Positions 12,200 through 23,939 are shown, counted from the stretch's first letter. The stretch is 45,293 bases of DNA from Chiloscyllium plagiosum (GCF_004010195.1 NC_057718.1:41097228-41142520); one strand, 5' to 3'. Notes: generated from the sequence alone by a model not told the origin. Translations and numbers: made by a program.

Positions 12200-12590
12200 A
12201 GCCCTTTCAACCTCATGTGGCATTGTGATGGTGGCCGGTAGTATACTATTGTAAGATTAGGTCAGCGCCATTCACGTCAAGGACTGAGACTCAGTTGAGG
12301 GGATCCATCAATGGGTACTGACTACCTCTCTTCCCTTGATTTGTGAGAATCTGTTCTTGATTGTCATCAATGCACGCCTATGGGGACCTGTGCCATAAAT
12401 AGACTTAACTGCATTGAAGAATCCATGTCTATCATGACTGCTACAAGTTTCCAGATTTCCTGAGCTACAGTTATCCTTGAGGGTCCTGATGTTCCAGGTC
12501 CTAAACTTCATTTTGAGGAAATGGGAGATTCCTGAGTATGGGATGTTTGAATGCCGGGTGATCATTGCACACTGACTATCACAGGAAAAG
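12200..12590 (-). mobile_element. RTE-clade LINE remnant, internally deleted
   Basis: Minus ORF has MKFRTWNIRTLKDN (APE endonuclease N-terminus) joined to HGFFNAVKSIYG (post-endonuclease linker-like); same family start as 42090. Confidence 0.65.
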
Positions 12591-12684
12591 GAAGCTCCTC
12601 ATCCTTTGACCCTGCATTCCTGTCAGTCAAAATACTAAAATATGGTGAAGAAGGACTTTAAGCACAAATATCTTATCTCCTTCA

Positions 12685-13830
12685 TCTACAGGGTGACTAG
12701 ATGTGTAGATGAGGGTACTGCAGTTGATATACTGTACATGACCAAAAGGTTTTTGACAATGTTTCGTATGGCAGACTGGTTAAGAAGCTAAGAGCCTACG
12801 GGATCTAAGGCAATTTGGCAAATTGGATTCAAAATTAGCAGAGTGGCTGGAAGCAGAGCATGATGGTCAGTGGGTGTTTTTGTAATTGGAAGCCTATAAT
12901 CAATTGTGTACTACTGAGTGCAGTGCTGGCCCCTTGCTGCTTATTGTGCACTTTAATGATCTAGACAAGATCAAAGGAGGTACAATCAATAAACTCATAG
13001 ATGACACATAGATTGGTGATGTGGTAAATAACAAGGAAGGAAGTCTTAGGTTAAAGGATGATATAGACAGCTGGTCAGATGGACTGAACAGTGGTAAATG
13101 GAATTTAATCTTGAATTGTTTAAGGTAATATGTTTTCGGAGGACTAACAAGGCAAGGGAGTACATACTGAATGATAGGACTGTAGGAAGTACAGGCGCTC
13201 GGAAAGTAGCAAGACAGGTAGATAAGGTGGTTAAGAAGATATATGGGATTTTTGTATTTATTAGTCAAGGCTTTGAATATAAGGATTGAAAGGTTATGAT
13301 GGATTTGTCCATTATGTTAGTTAGGCCACAGCTGGACTACTGTGTACAGTTCTGGTTGCCACTTTATAGAAAAATGTGATTGCACAAGAGTGGATGCGGA
13401 GGAGATTCACCAGGATGTTGTCTGGATTGGGACAATTCTGCTATGAAGAGAGACTAAATAGGTGGCATTGTATGCTTTAGAGCAAAGAAGGCAGAGGTGG
13501 GATTTAATTAAGGTGTATAAGGTTATGAGGAACATAGACAGGGGAGATAGAAACACATTTTTCTCTTTAGCAGAGGAGTCAATAACCAGGGCACACAGTT
13601 TAAGGGAAGCAGTAGGAGGTTTAAAGGGAATTTTTGGAAATTATCTTTCAACCAGATGATTGTGGGTATTTGGAACTTATTGGGTGTTAGAGGTGGAAAG
13701 CATCAAGACATTTAAGCACTATAAATGCCATAGCATATTGAGGCTGTGGACCAAGTGCTAAAAAATGCCATTAAATTAAATGTTTGATAACTGACATGGA
13801 TACAATGGACCAAATGGCCTTTTCAATCCT
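12685..13830 (+). mobile_element. CR1 LINE 3' portion (RT pseudogene plus 3' UTR)
   Basis: Broken frames give VDEGTAVDILYM..KVFDNV..GRL, IDDT (catalytic DD region), MEFNLE, LVRPQLDYCVQFW, RRFTRMLSGL, LEQRRQRWDLIKVYKVM; many stops and frameshifts. Confidence 0.9.
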
Positions 13831-14312
13831 GATTGTAGATATTTTAAGTAGGATCAGCTGAATATATGACATATACACACATATGGATAAGTAAACATTT
13901 ATTCATCAGCAGAAAAGTTCAAAGAGTGCAGAAATAGGCAGGTTCACATGCACTGTGCACCATGACAAGCTGCCTACTATTCCCTCTGTCCTGATATACA
14001 GTACAAACCAGAGAGGGTGACGGCTTCTAAATAATAATAAAGTAAGTGAGTGCTAAGAAAGCAAGTTCAGAGCCATAAGATGCATTCTGTTGGATTGCCC
14101 ATGTGTGCAAAGTGACTTGGCAGAAACATGCAAATCAAAAGTGTCCCTGAGTATCAAAATAAGCTCCTGAAGGACTAAAGTAGTGTGTGAGTTGGTCTGA
14201 ATGCATGAATGAGGTGGTGAGGCTAATAGGCTGGGCGTTGCAGAGAGATGGTGAGGACAGTGGAGCTAGATGAAGATCTGGAGAGGCAAGCGCTGAGCTG
14301 TGATGCCAGGTA

Positions 14313-14700
14313 ACATTAGAGAGAAGAAGGTTGAGAGGTGACTTAATTGAGACATATTAGATAATTAGAGGGTTAGATAGAGTGGACAGTGAGAGCCTTT
14401 TTCCTCAAATGGTGAAGGCTAGCACAAGGGTACATAGATTTAAATTGAGGGGTGATAGATATAGGACAGATGTCAGAGGTAGTTTCTTTACTCAGGGAGT
14501 AGTAGGGGTGTGGAACGCACTGCCTGCAACAGCAGTAGACTCACCAACTTAAAGGCTATTTAAATGGTCATTGGGTAAATATATGGATGAAAATGGAATC
14601 GTGTAGGATAGATGGGCTTCAGATTGGTATCACAGGTTGGCGCAACATCAAGGGCCGAAGCGCCTGTACTACGCTGTAATGTTCTAGGTCATATGTTCTA
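14313..14700 (+). mobile_element. CR1 LINE 3' end
   Basis: LERRRLRGDLIETY..RGLDRVD, then UTR ending gggccgaagcgcctgtactacgctgtaatgttcta...atgttcta. Confidence 0.85.
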
Positions 14701-14929
14701 GGTAACCACTCTGATGTTCATGGTGAGAACTGGCCTTCTAGTTTTGTGGAGAAGGCAGGGAAAATTGGGAGTTGCACATCAATATGGTGGAGATCATCAA
14801 ATAGTGAGGTGCGAATGCAGGAAATAAAATAGCCACACCTCATTAATGCGATTGAGAACTCATCATTTCAGCATTAAGGGAAAAATTGGAATTATTTTTC
14901 TCTGTGTTAGGAATTTGATGTTTTTATAC

Positions 14930-15110
14930 CAGCTTTATTGTCCCATTGCCTAGGCTGCTCAAGGGTATGGAAACCTCCACTCATTTTCACCATTACCAAG
15001 ACTAATTTTTAATTTGAGATATATAATTGCATTTATATTCAGCTGTTGAGACAAGATTTGAACCTCTGCCACTAGATTATTAGTCCAGTGACATCGCCAC
15101 AAAGTCATGA
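14930..15110 (-). mobile_element. Degenerate family D-like SINE remnant
   Basis: cagctttattgtccc...gatttgaacc...ctagattattagtccagtgacat resembles the tail and head of family D. Confidence 0.4.
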
Positions 15111-16328
15111 CCACATGGTGGAAACAGACTCAATAATAACTTGCAAAAGGAAATTGGATAGACATGTGTTATAGAAATAAAATGACAGAACTGTGGGAAA
15201 ATAGTAGAAGTGTGTCAAGTATTAATTGAAGTTAAGTATATGCAGGTGGCTGGAATTGTTTAGATAGTTACTTGAGCACACATAAAGTTGAATAGAGTCA
15301 GGAAAAAGGACTTGGAGTTTTGCCATACTGGAGTCCTTTAAAAAGGGAAGGTGGGACTTTTCCTGGGCTGTAATATTTCCAGGAAGTGCATTTAAGGGTA
15401 AATTGTGTTCAGGTTATGAGCCTGCATTCATAATTATTGCCCTGCATTCTGTTGAAACATTCAAATGCCAAGGAAAGCATGATTTGATTGACAGTTCTGG
15501 CCCTTTTATTTATTTTTTCCACTGCATAAAGTTTATTTATATAAGGTGAAGAGGTCAAGTACTTACAGTCTCTACTAGTGATACTTTGAAGAGTATATAT
15601 ATATGATTGACAATAGGACACTTAAAGTGTGAAATGACTTCTGTAATATTGTGGAAAGCAATACATGAATACATTTATTGGAAAGCTTCTTTACACACAT
15701 TTGATTCTCACTATAGGGTTCATTGGTAGTATGCAATGTATATTGAGTCAATAGGCATGGAAGTGCTATAACCTGGTAAGGATGGAAGAGGTGGTTGGTG
15801 TCATAGTTTGGTATTGGGAGGATAAAATGTCATGGATGAGGCTTAGTGCTTGTGTTGGAGTGAGAGTACATAGGGTGATGAGGAATAGAAAGTCATTTAA
15901 TTTCATTGTAACTGGGATGAAACACCATATCTCTGAGGCAAGCCTTTTAAACAGACTGTAATGGTTCACTCTTATACAAGCAATGACAGGCTTCTTCCTT
16001 CACCAACTGGCCTTTAGTGGAGTAACAGGGAGTGGAACATGTGGACAGCTTTATCAGAATGGCTTAATTTGGCATAGGAGTGTTTTTTTGGACTTGAGTC
16101 TCTAATGGGAAGTGTTGTGAAATTTTGGTTGAAACTTTGTTTTGCTCTGTTCTTTTTATGCTAAATTCTAAATGCCATCTATATTTAAATAGCTTAGTTT
16201 TTGTTTTTAACTTCTTTGTTTGTATAATAAATATCTCTTCTGTTGTTAAAGAAAATCTGCAGCCTTGGTAGAATATGTTTTAGTGACCAATCAATGCAAT
16301 GTTAACCAACTAAACCAAAAAAGAAATT

Positions 16329-16537
16329 AGTCAGAAGTCAGATGACACCGGATTATGGTCCAACAGGTTTATTTGGAACCACAAGCTTTCGGAGTATTAC
16401 CCCTTCGTTAGGTGCCTGACAAACAGGGAATGCTCTGAAAGCTTGTGATTTCAAATAAACCTGTTGGGCTATAACCTGGCATCATCTGACTTCTAACCTT
16501 ATCCACCTGACTCCAACAGCGGCACCTCCACATCATG
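16329..16537. mobile_element. Fold-back PLE family B insertion, diverged
   Basis: agaagtcagatgacaccggattatggtccaacaggtttatttggaaccacaagctttc is inverted against gaaagcttgtgatttcaaataaacctgttgggctataacctggcatcatctgacttct; centre near 16413. Possible TSD aaaagaaatt/aaaagcaatt (16319, 16541). Confidence 0.8.
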
Positions 16538-17401
16538 GTGAAAAGCAATTGACCTGTCAAGTCCATTTCTTTCATTCTGAGATCTGACTTGTCTAGCAGT
16601 ACCATCAGCTGAAACTATAACATTGGAGTCTTGTGTTTAGAGTGGTGAAAGTTTCTGAATTGAAAAGAAAAAACACAACTCCTTAAATATACAACTTATG
16701 TGAGATCATTGACCTAAAACCATGGAGGGTAGTAATTGTTGACAGCTCACATAATTTGTTCTTACTCAGGAAATCTACCATTCCACAATTAGTGTGTGGC
16801 ATAGTAGAATAGAAAAGGTGGCCTCTATGGGAACTTGAATGTTTACCTTGTTTATAGCTGCTCTCAATGTGGTTGAACAATAGCATAATGAAAGTCCTAT
16901 ATCAACTAGAATAACTATTTAAAAAATCATTAAGATTGTTAAACAAAATGTCTAGTAGCTTTAACTATTCAGTGACGTTATTCAACGTAATCCAGAGATG
17001 TTTACTAAACTGATGAGATCTGCAATAATGTTGGAAGAATCTAACCAAATCTGATCTGATGAAGAACAGGAGATTATGATGGAGGAACTTACAGAAAGAT
17101 CAAAGGCACTCAACCACCAAACAAGAAAATCCGTCTACAGAAACATCATTTGGACCACATCCTTCTAAGATAGTCATACTGCATAACAACTTTATTCTGT
17201 TCCTTCATCGAATGTTCTTCCAATGTTGCAAGTAGATCCCATGTCCATCTGCAAAGCCATCATCATCATTTTATACCATGCCCCTTCCACTACATCCAAT
17301 TCTACTGCCATCTACTGGGATCACCAAATATCTTTCCATCATGTCAGTACTCCTCTGTTTCCTAGAGGGTTTCATTCCGAAGCAACCCCACAAATGATAA
17401 A

Positions 17402-17549
17402 GATAAAAATCACACAACACCAGGTTATAGTCCAATGGGTTTAGTGTGCTCCGAAAGCTAGTGCTTCCAACTAAACCTATTGGACTATAACCTGGTGTTG
17501 TGTGATTTTTAACTTTGCCCACCCCAGTACAACACCGGCTCCTCCACAT
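17402..17549. mobile_element. Fold-back PLE family B insertion with 13-bp TSD
   Basis: TSD cacaaatgataaa (17389-17401 and 17550-17562). Left arm 17402-17444 is inverted against ~17471-17512; the junction lies in hammerhead stem II (gctccgaaagctagtg). Confidence 0.85.
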
Positions 17550-17839
17550 CACAAATGATAAAATTTATGGGCATAAAGCTCATCTAAACGTGGGTTAAAT
17601 TAGGTTAAAAATCACAGATGTTGATTCCTGTGTTTACAATTTGTGATTTCACAGATACAGAAGATTTACTGTAACTCATCTTCTCCCCTACAATGTAGTC
17701 TGTTCCAATCAGTGTTGATATTTTATACTTGGCTAAGTAACCTGGTGTTTTACTGGAGCAATAGCTCAAAGGCAGGAACAGAACCAGATATTGGCAATGT
17801 AAGTGCATTGTGGGAGTTAGCCTTGCTAATCCCTCAGAA

Positions 17840-17954
17840 GGGAGAAAGTGAGGACTGCAGATGCTGGAGATCAGAGCTGAAAATGTGTTGCTGGAAAAGC
17901 GCAGCAGGTCAGGCAGCATCCAAGGAATAGGAGAATCGATGTTTCGGGCATAAG
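17840..17954 (-). mobile_element. PLE family A terminal fragment with 9-bp TSD
   Basis: ggagaaagtgaggactgcagatgctggagatcagagctg...tttcgggcataag, flanked by ccctcagaa (17831-17839 and 17955-17963). Confidence 0.85.
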
Positions 17955-20304
17955 CCCTCAGAACCCATGTTGGTGTGCAAATACATTTTTAAAACTGACA
18001 TATCTAAAGCAGAATTTCAGCTCCAATGTGATCAAACGGATTTGTCCCCTGAGCTGAATTCAAGCACCTCTGTTTCTGCTGCATGCTTCTTTGCAAATGA
18101 GAAGAATATTTAGCAAATTTTGCCAGCATAAAACATGCTTAAGTGCTATTTATTTTGATTATGGTCATAAGCTGCCATATGGAGCATATACACAGCTGCT
18201 CCTGTGAGTGGAGTGCTGACAGCCACCATTGTGAGCATACTGATGGGCACTATTCCTAAACCTGTGACTTCATACATGGCAATGTCTTTTCAAACTGTGA
18301 TATCATTCATTTAAGTTTGTGGTTTCTACAATTTACTGCCATTGGCAGGCAATAATTTTGTCATTTAACAGCATTTCAGTTTGGTTGCAAAACTCAGCCA
18401 ATGTATGTAATAAAAAATCGTTAGGCCATTTTATTGCGTGGAGTTCTAAGGAGCTGTAAAGGTATTTCATTGCAATGGCATCAAACCTGCATTGGTTTAA
18501 GTCACATACTTGAATGGTTTGTAGTCCTTTTTTTTCTTTTTGATCCAGGTGAATAAATGCATAAACAGTAAACTAAATTTATTTACTAACTTCTAAAAAT
18601 CTGTATTAAGCACAGAATATGTTTATGATAAGCAAGCTACATAGCAAGCATAGTCAACAATATCAGAGAAATGAACAATGACATTTGATTTAATTGCACT
18701 TATGTACAAAACAATTCCCTGGTTATGACATCTGGAGGAAGATCTATCGGGATTCTTTGCAAAAATACAACTTTTCTGTCCCAATTTTCCTCTGTGCTCT
18801 GTTCCCAAGCTAACTCCATACACTGATGGTCAATAGGAAAATTATCCCTCACTATGTTTTTCCTTAAAGTCAAACAGTAGGCACAAACCTGTAACACTGA
18901 ATGTTTCAAACTATAAACAATATTATTTTGGTACAAAGAAAATTGTTGTAAATAGATATGTTGTTCCTGTATGCAATTCATTTTAGATGGGTAATACATT
19001 CAAGTATTTGGAGTAAGTATGAAACAAAATAATTACATTACAAATTATTTTGCTTCACATTTGCTAAGTTTACCTGCCTAATTTACCACATTGATTATAG
19101 TGTGGTCACAGGCTAAATGCCTCATCCATTTTTGATTGGTTCAATCAGACAACTAAACCATCCCAATTTGCTGAAACATTGATCAGCGCAGAAAAGCAAA
19201 CACGTGAAATATTCATATTTTAACAAATGATGAACTAAAATGATTGGTTAAAAACAAAATCCATGTTATTTTCCTAATGTGTTTAGTTCAGGCAATCCCA
19301 GGTTACAAATTGGTTCCAGTCTTGAGTATGGCTGTAGGTCAATTTGTATATAAGTCTGAATTCAGTCCTGAACAATATAAAATAGCTGTTTATAAATTTG
19401 CAAACTTTAGCATGTTGGATCGTTAAAATTAGTATTGATGTGGGCTGTTGTTGATAAGTATGAGCAATATAAGTCAGACCTCTGTAAATCAGAGGCCACT
19501 TGTACAACAAGAGGCAGGTTATTTCATACTGATTAATAAATTCCGCAAGTTTAAACTCAAAACCATGTTCCTACCACATTTCCACACTGTGAGTCTTTCC
19601 ATGATCCATCCATGGAGTCCTCAGCCATCTGATCTCCTGGTTTTATACTTGTAATGTACTAGGGGTAAATTAGAATGAGGGCTATAAGGCACAGCAGTTG
19701 GTAGGATCAACTGAGACAGGCGTAAGTGAGCAGAGTTTGAGCCTAAAGACTGCTGAGATTTTGCGTAATGATTGATGCAGGTGGGAATAACTTTTAAGCT
19801 CCTTTATTTTTCATTCATGCTAGGCAACCTTGACCATGCTTTCAAAAATATCTCGAAAGGTGAGATCATCAGCAGATTCTGATCCCATCCACTCCTGTTC
19901 CCCAACCTCAAACCCACCTAAAGTAAACTTTTCTGAGCAAGTACAGCATTCCCAAAGGTTATATATTTGCATGACATTACTTGGGACAGGAGTATCTGAG
20001 AAGGTTGAAGAAAGTACAGTGAGACAGCAATTAAGGAGGATATGCCCATTCAATTTTAATCTGTCCTCTAAAATTTACAGACAATTCAGGCCTTCCAAAC
20101 ACTTTAGTGAATTAATATTTATTCAAAAACTACACTTCACTAAGGAGGTTCTGCCAGTTATTGCTTGAGGAATTGTCTTCATGTTTACTTGACTGCCCAA
20201 TCAATTGTATCTCGGTGATAATACACTCTAATGGGAACGGCTGTAGGTTCAACTCTAGTTCCAGAGAATTGAACACAGAATAAAATCAAGGTTGACTCTT
20301 GAAT

Positions 20305-20568
20305 ACAGCTCAGCACTGCCCTCATGGCCTGTCCCACCTGTCCATTTTCCTTTCCCCATCCACTCCACCTTCCCCTCTGAACTTGCACCTTTAGCTCCAC
20401 CTCCATCCACCTATTGCACTCTCAGCTACCTTACCCCCAGACCCCTCCCCCCTCCCATTTAACTCTCCACTCCAGAGGCTCTCAGCTTCATTCCTGATGA
20501 AGGGCTTTTGCCTGAAATGTCGATCTTCCTGCTCCTTGGATGCTGCCTGACCTGCTGTGCATTTCCAG
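20305..20568 (+). mobile_element. PLE family A 3' UTR/terminal fragment
   Basis: C/T-rich tract followed by cattcCTGATGAagggcttttgcctGAAAtgtc...ggatgctgcctgacctgctgtgc. Confidence 0.8.
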
Positions 20569-20799
20569 TAGTTTTAAAGATGTCATCTTTTACCTGAGAT
20601 GTTAAAATAAGGTTCCCATTTGCCTTTTATTGTATGGAGAAAATTCAATGGCACTTATACATAGAGATACTTGATGTCCCAGTCAATACTAATTCTTCAA
20701 CCCAAAGACACATTTTCAAATCATTGCCAAAGAACAATTTGTGGGATCTTATACGCAAATTAGATGCCACATGAACTGCACTTCAAAAACTCTTCAACA

Positions 20800-21045
20800 A
20801 AAAAAAACCCAAAAGAGCTGTGAATGCGGGAAATCAGAAATAAAAGCAAAAACAGAAATTGCAGAATAAACTCAGCAGGTCTGGCAGCATCTGTGGAGAG
20901 AAATCAGAGTTAATGTTTCAGGACAAGTGACCCTTCCTCAGAAGAAGGGTTCTGAAGAAGGGTCACTGAACACAAAACGTTAACTCTGATTTCTCTCCAC
21001 AGATGTTGCCAGACCTCCTGAGTGTTTCCAGCAATTTCTGTTTTT
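20800..21045. mobile_element. Fold-back PLE family C insertion
   Basis: aaaaacagaaattgc...ctcagcaggtctggcagcatctgtggagagaaatcagagttaa...gtgacccttcctcagaa is inverted against ttctgaagaagggtcac...ttaactctgatttctctccacagatgttgccagacc...gcaatttctgttttt; centre near 20946. Both arms carry degenerate hammerhead cores. Confidence 0.85.
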
Positions 21046-22800
21046 CAAAACCTTACTTGACTATTTAGCACTTGCATGATTTCAGGACATCAAATCTGCT
21101 GTAAGAATGCAACTTCTCTTTTTACACATATTTTATTTGGAAATATAAACCAAAAAAATCAGCATTTATAAAGTTAAAGATTTTTTTATACAACTCTAAG
21201 GAAAAGTGGAACTGTGTGGTGCTCTTATGCTGGAACTGGATTTGATACTTCTGCACTGGCATTGAGAGTCTCTGGAAATAAAGAAGTAACTGCCTAGTAT
21301 CAGGGTTTGTATGAGTTATACATGATAGTTTGTCACAGCACTGAAAGGAGGGAGCAGTGGAGACTCAGACCTACAAGCCTGCTAACAAGCCCAATCATTC
21401 TCTGTCAATGTGTGTGAAGAAATAATATGCAGTGACTTTGAAAAATAAGAACTGCTTATTCAAGCCTAGAACTAAGTCCAACTGACCAGCTTCTGAATTG
21501 GGGATTGTGACATTAGATAACAATGTGATAGAGAAACGTAGAAAATAGGAACATTTGGCATGTCCATCCCATTTAAGAATGAGCATGTGTGTTTGTTTAC
21601 ATTCAACAGTATATTAGTAATTAATAATATGTTTAGCCTCATGTTAATTTGTTTTTTTTTGGTTTTCTTGTCGATGCTGGAACCTGTTGTGAATCTCTTT
21701 TACTTTATATGGTGTTCTCAGTCAGGCTTAAGCTAGTTGCTACAGTTATTAAATTGGTCATATTTCACAGTTGTGACAACACCTGGAATAGTGGGGTTTG
21801 ATTTCCAATGCATTATACCCACCAGGATCATCATAATGACCATAAGTATGATGTTGACACAACTTTTACAGCACTGAGCCATTTTGGGTAGTCATGACAA
21901 ATCTCTGCAATACTAGTCAAGGTGGTCAACAGACCTGTAATTGTTGGCTCAGATTCAAAAAGTGTAGCACTGGAAAAGCACTTATTGGCTGACGACTTTG
22001 CAAACGAACAGATTGTATTAGCTGATGATTTGAAAGTCACAAAATTCATCCATGTCAGATAGTGATCCAGAACCTTTTGAGAAAATATTTACTTCAACAA
22101 CTTATTAAAAATATGTTGAAACAAGTAACTTGCCCATGCATTTCTTTGTATTGCAATTAGCATTTCACAATATCATTTAATTTCAGATGTCTGTATTTTA
22201 GAGAAATTGATGCATTACTTTTCCAATGTGTACCTCTATTTCTTCACATTGTCCTTCCTACACAGGTGCATTGTTTAACATCCATGTTGTTTAGTTCATT
22301 TTTCTCAATGGACGATGATAAAATGGCCTTAGACTGTCAAGCTCTTCAACATGTTTTGAAGTCCACCAGAAAAAAATGGAGACATAGTAAGTTGGTTCAA
22401 GCCATAAAGGAGATTCCCATTCTCCTGCTCCTCTTGACTTTTCTTCCTTTGTAACTACAGAAAAATCAAATCCTGGCAGTTTCCAAATCAGTGAATTGTT
22501 GAATTGCAAAGGCTGTATATTCCAGCCCTTTTGATGTTTCAGCTGCTCCAGGTGTTTGCCAAGACAGGACTGCCATCATGGCATTCTGACACGAATTCAT
22601 GGCAAACTTGCTTTTGTTCTATTCATTGTCTTTGCTTTTTATCAGAAGATGAAAAGGCGATCTTTAACGTCAACAACAACAAAAAGAAACAGGTGTTCAA
22701 ACAAATGGAAAAAGAGAAAGAAGAAAACTCCAGTGCAAACTGCTAGCTAAATGAAGAAAGGCATGCTGAAAGAAGTATTACTGCTCTCTCTCTCTAATAT

Positions 22801-23022
22801 AGAGCTGAAAATGTGTTGCTGGAAAAGCGCAGCAGGTCAGGCAGCATCCAGGGAACAGGAGAATCGACGTTTCGGGCATAAGCCCTTCTTCAGGAATCCT
22901 GAAGAAGGGCTTATGCCCGAAACGTCGATTCTCCTGTTCCCTGGATGCTGCCTGACCTGCTGCGCTTTTCCAGCAACACATTTTCATCTCTGATCTCCAG
23001 CATCTGCAGACCTCACTTTCTC
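22801..23022. mobile_element. Young palindromic PLE family A insertion (95-bp arms, 1-nt spacer) with 14-bp TSD
   Basis: 22801-22895 is the reverse complement of 22897-22991 with one mismatch. TSD ctctctctaatata (22788-22801 and 23023-23036). Confidence 0.95.
22891..22936 (+). ncRNA. Minimal hammerhead ribozyme (type I-like, probably dimer-dependent)
   Basis: Stem I GAAUC (22894-22898)/GAUUC (22927-22931); CUGAAGA 22899-22905; extra A; stem II GGGC-UUAU-GCCC; GAAA 22919-22922; palindromic ACGU; predicted cleavage after GUC (22926). Confidence 0.7.
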
Positions 23023-23254
23023 CTCTCTCTAATATAACCTGACAGGCATATTTGGAAAAGAGATAGACTTGCCATCCATGTGAAGATTTAACGGAAGCAA
23101 GACATTTCTCGTGGAAGCTATTCACAGTGGTAGGAATGTGCAACATCCTGGATGATTCAACTCTGAGGATCGAGATGTATTAGGGAAAATCTGGATTTTG
23201 TCTGTCATCTGTAAGTTCAACAGAGATCTGATCAGGAGCCCCTGTAGAACATCA

Positions 23255-23385
23255 TGAAGGAGACATGTCTTAACTATCAAAGGATTTGGGGGGTAGGTGG
23301 GAATGTGGAGTTGAGGTCACTATCAGATCATACATAATCTCATTTAATTGCCTACTGCTATTCCTAATTCATATGTTTAGATGAC
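23255..23385 (+). mobile_element. Degenerate CR1 3' UTR
   Basis: atcaaaggatttggggggtaggtgggaatgtggagttgagg...atcagatca...gcctactgctattcctaattcatatg resembles the reverse complement of the CR1 3' ends at 23940 and 34256. Confidence 0.55.
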
Positions 23386-23939
23386 TGTTGCTCACAGGAT
23401 ATCCCCTTCGTGTCTGGGAAATACAAGCCACCTGAATGGCAGTAGATTGGAGTACAGCAGCTGGAGGTAGATGGAGCTAGCCAAACAAAATCTATGGAGG
23501 ACTCCAAGAGTGAGGCACCGCCTAGGCTGGACTGAAAATCTTTGCAATAGAACAAGGCTGATGCCAGAGTCTTGCTGTCCATTGTCTTGTCTAAGACTGG
23601 AGGAATTCACTCCCCGTGAGTCATTTGCAAAGCTAAATCAAAAATATAGTCAATTTAATTATTTTAGTTCATCAATGTATTATTAGCAACAATGACATTG
23701 TAAATTGGACAGATATTTGTTTATCTTGTGACCTGATAGTAATAGATTTTGTTGATTCACAGAGACAAAAAGAGAGCAAAAGATAAACACAGTGGTTTAA
23801 AGTGAGAAAGAAGGGGTTAAAATCAAATGCATACATGGTGCTAGAAGTGGTAAAGAACACAGCCATGTGGGGACAGTGTAGCAAACACCAACACATTCAG
23901 GATTAAACTAAAAACCACTTACCTACAAAAACTCAAATA

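Noticed and set aside
15167..16622. Possible LTR bounded by TGTTATAG...CTATAACA
   Set aside because: No TSD, and the left match lies inside what looks like a CR1 UTR remnant. The 3' part (aataaa, ...taaca) is LTR-like but the boundaries cannot be supported.
2311..23022. Palindromic elements as MITEs/DNA transposons or miRNA precursors
   Set aside because: Arms are asymmetric with one-sided tails, TSD length varies from 9 to 15 bp, and the same sequence occurs as single arms attached to PLE UTRs.
22751..23146. Overlapping ORFs on both strands with the same peptide (KMCCWKSAAGQAASREQENRRFGHKPFFR)
   Set aside because: Artefact of reading through the DNA palindrome; the same peptide recurs in other repeat copies, so it is not a gene.
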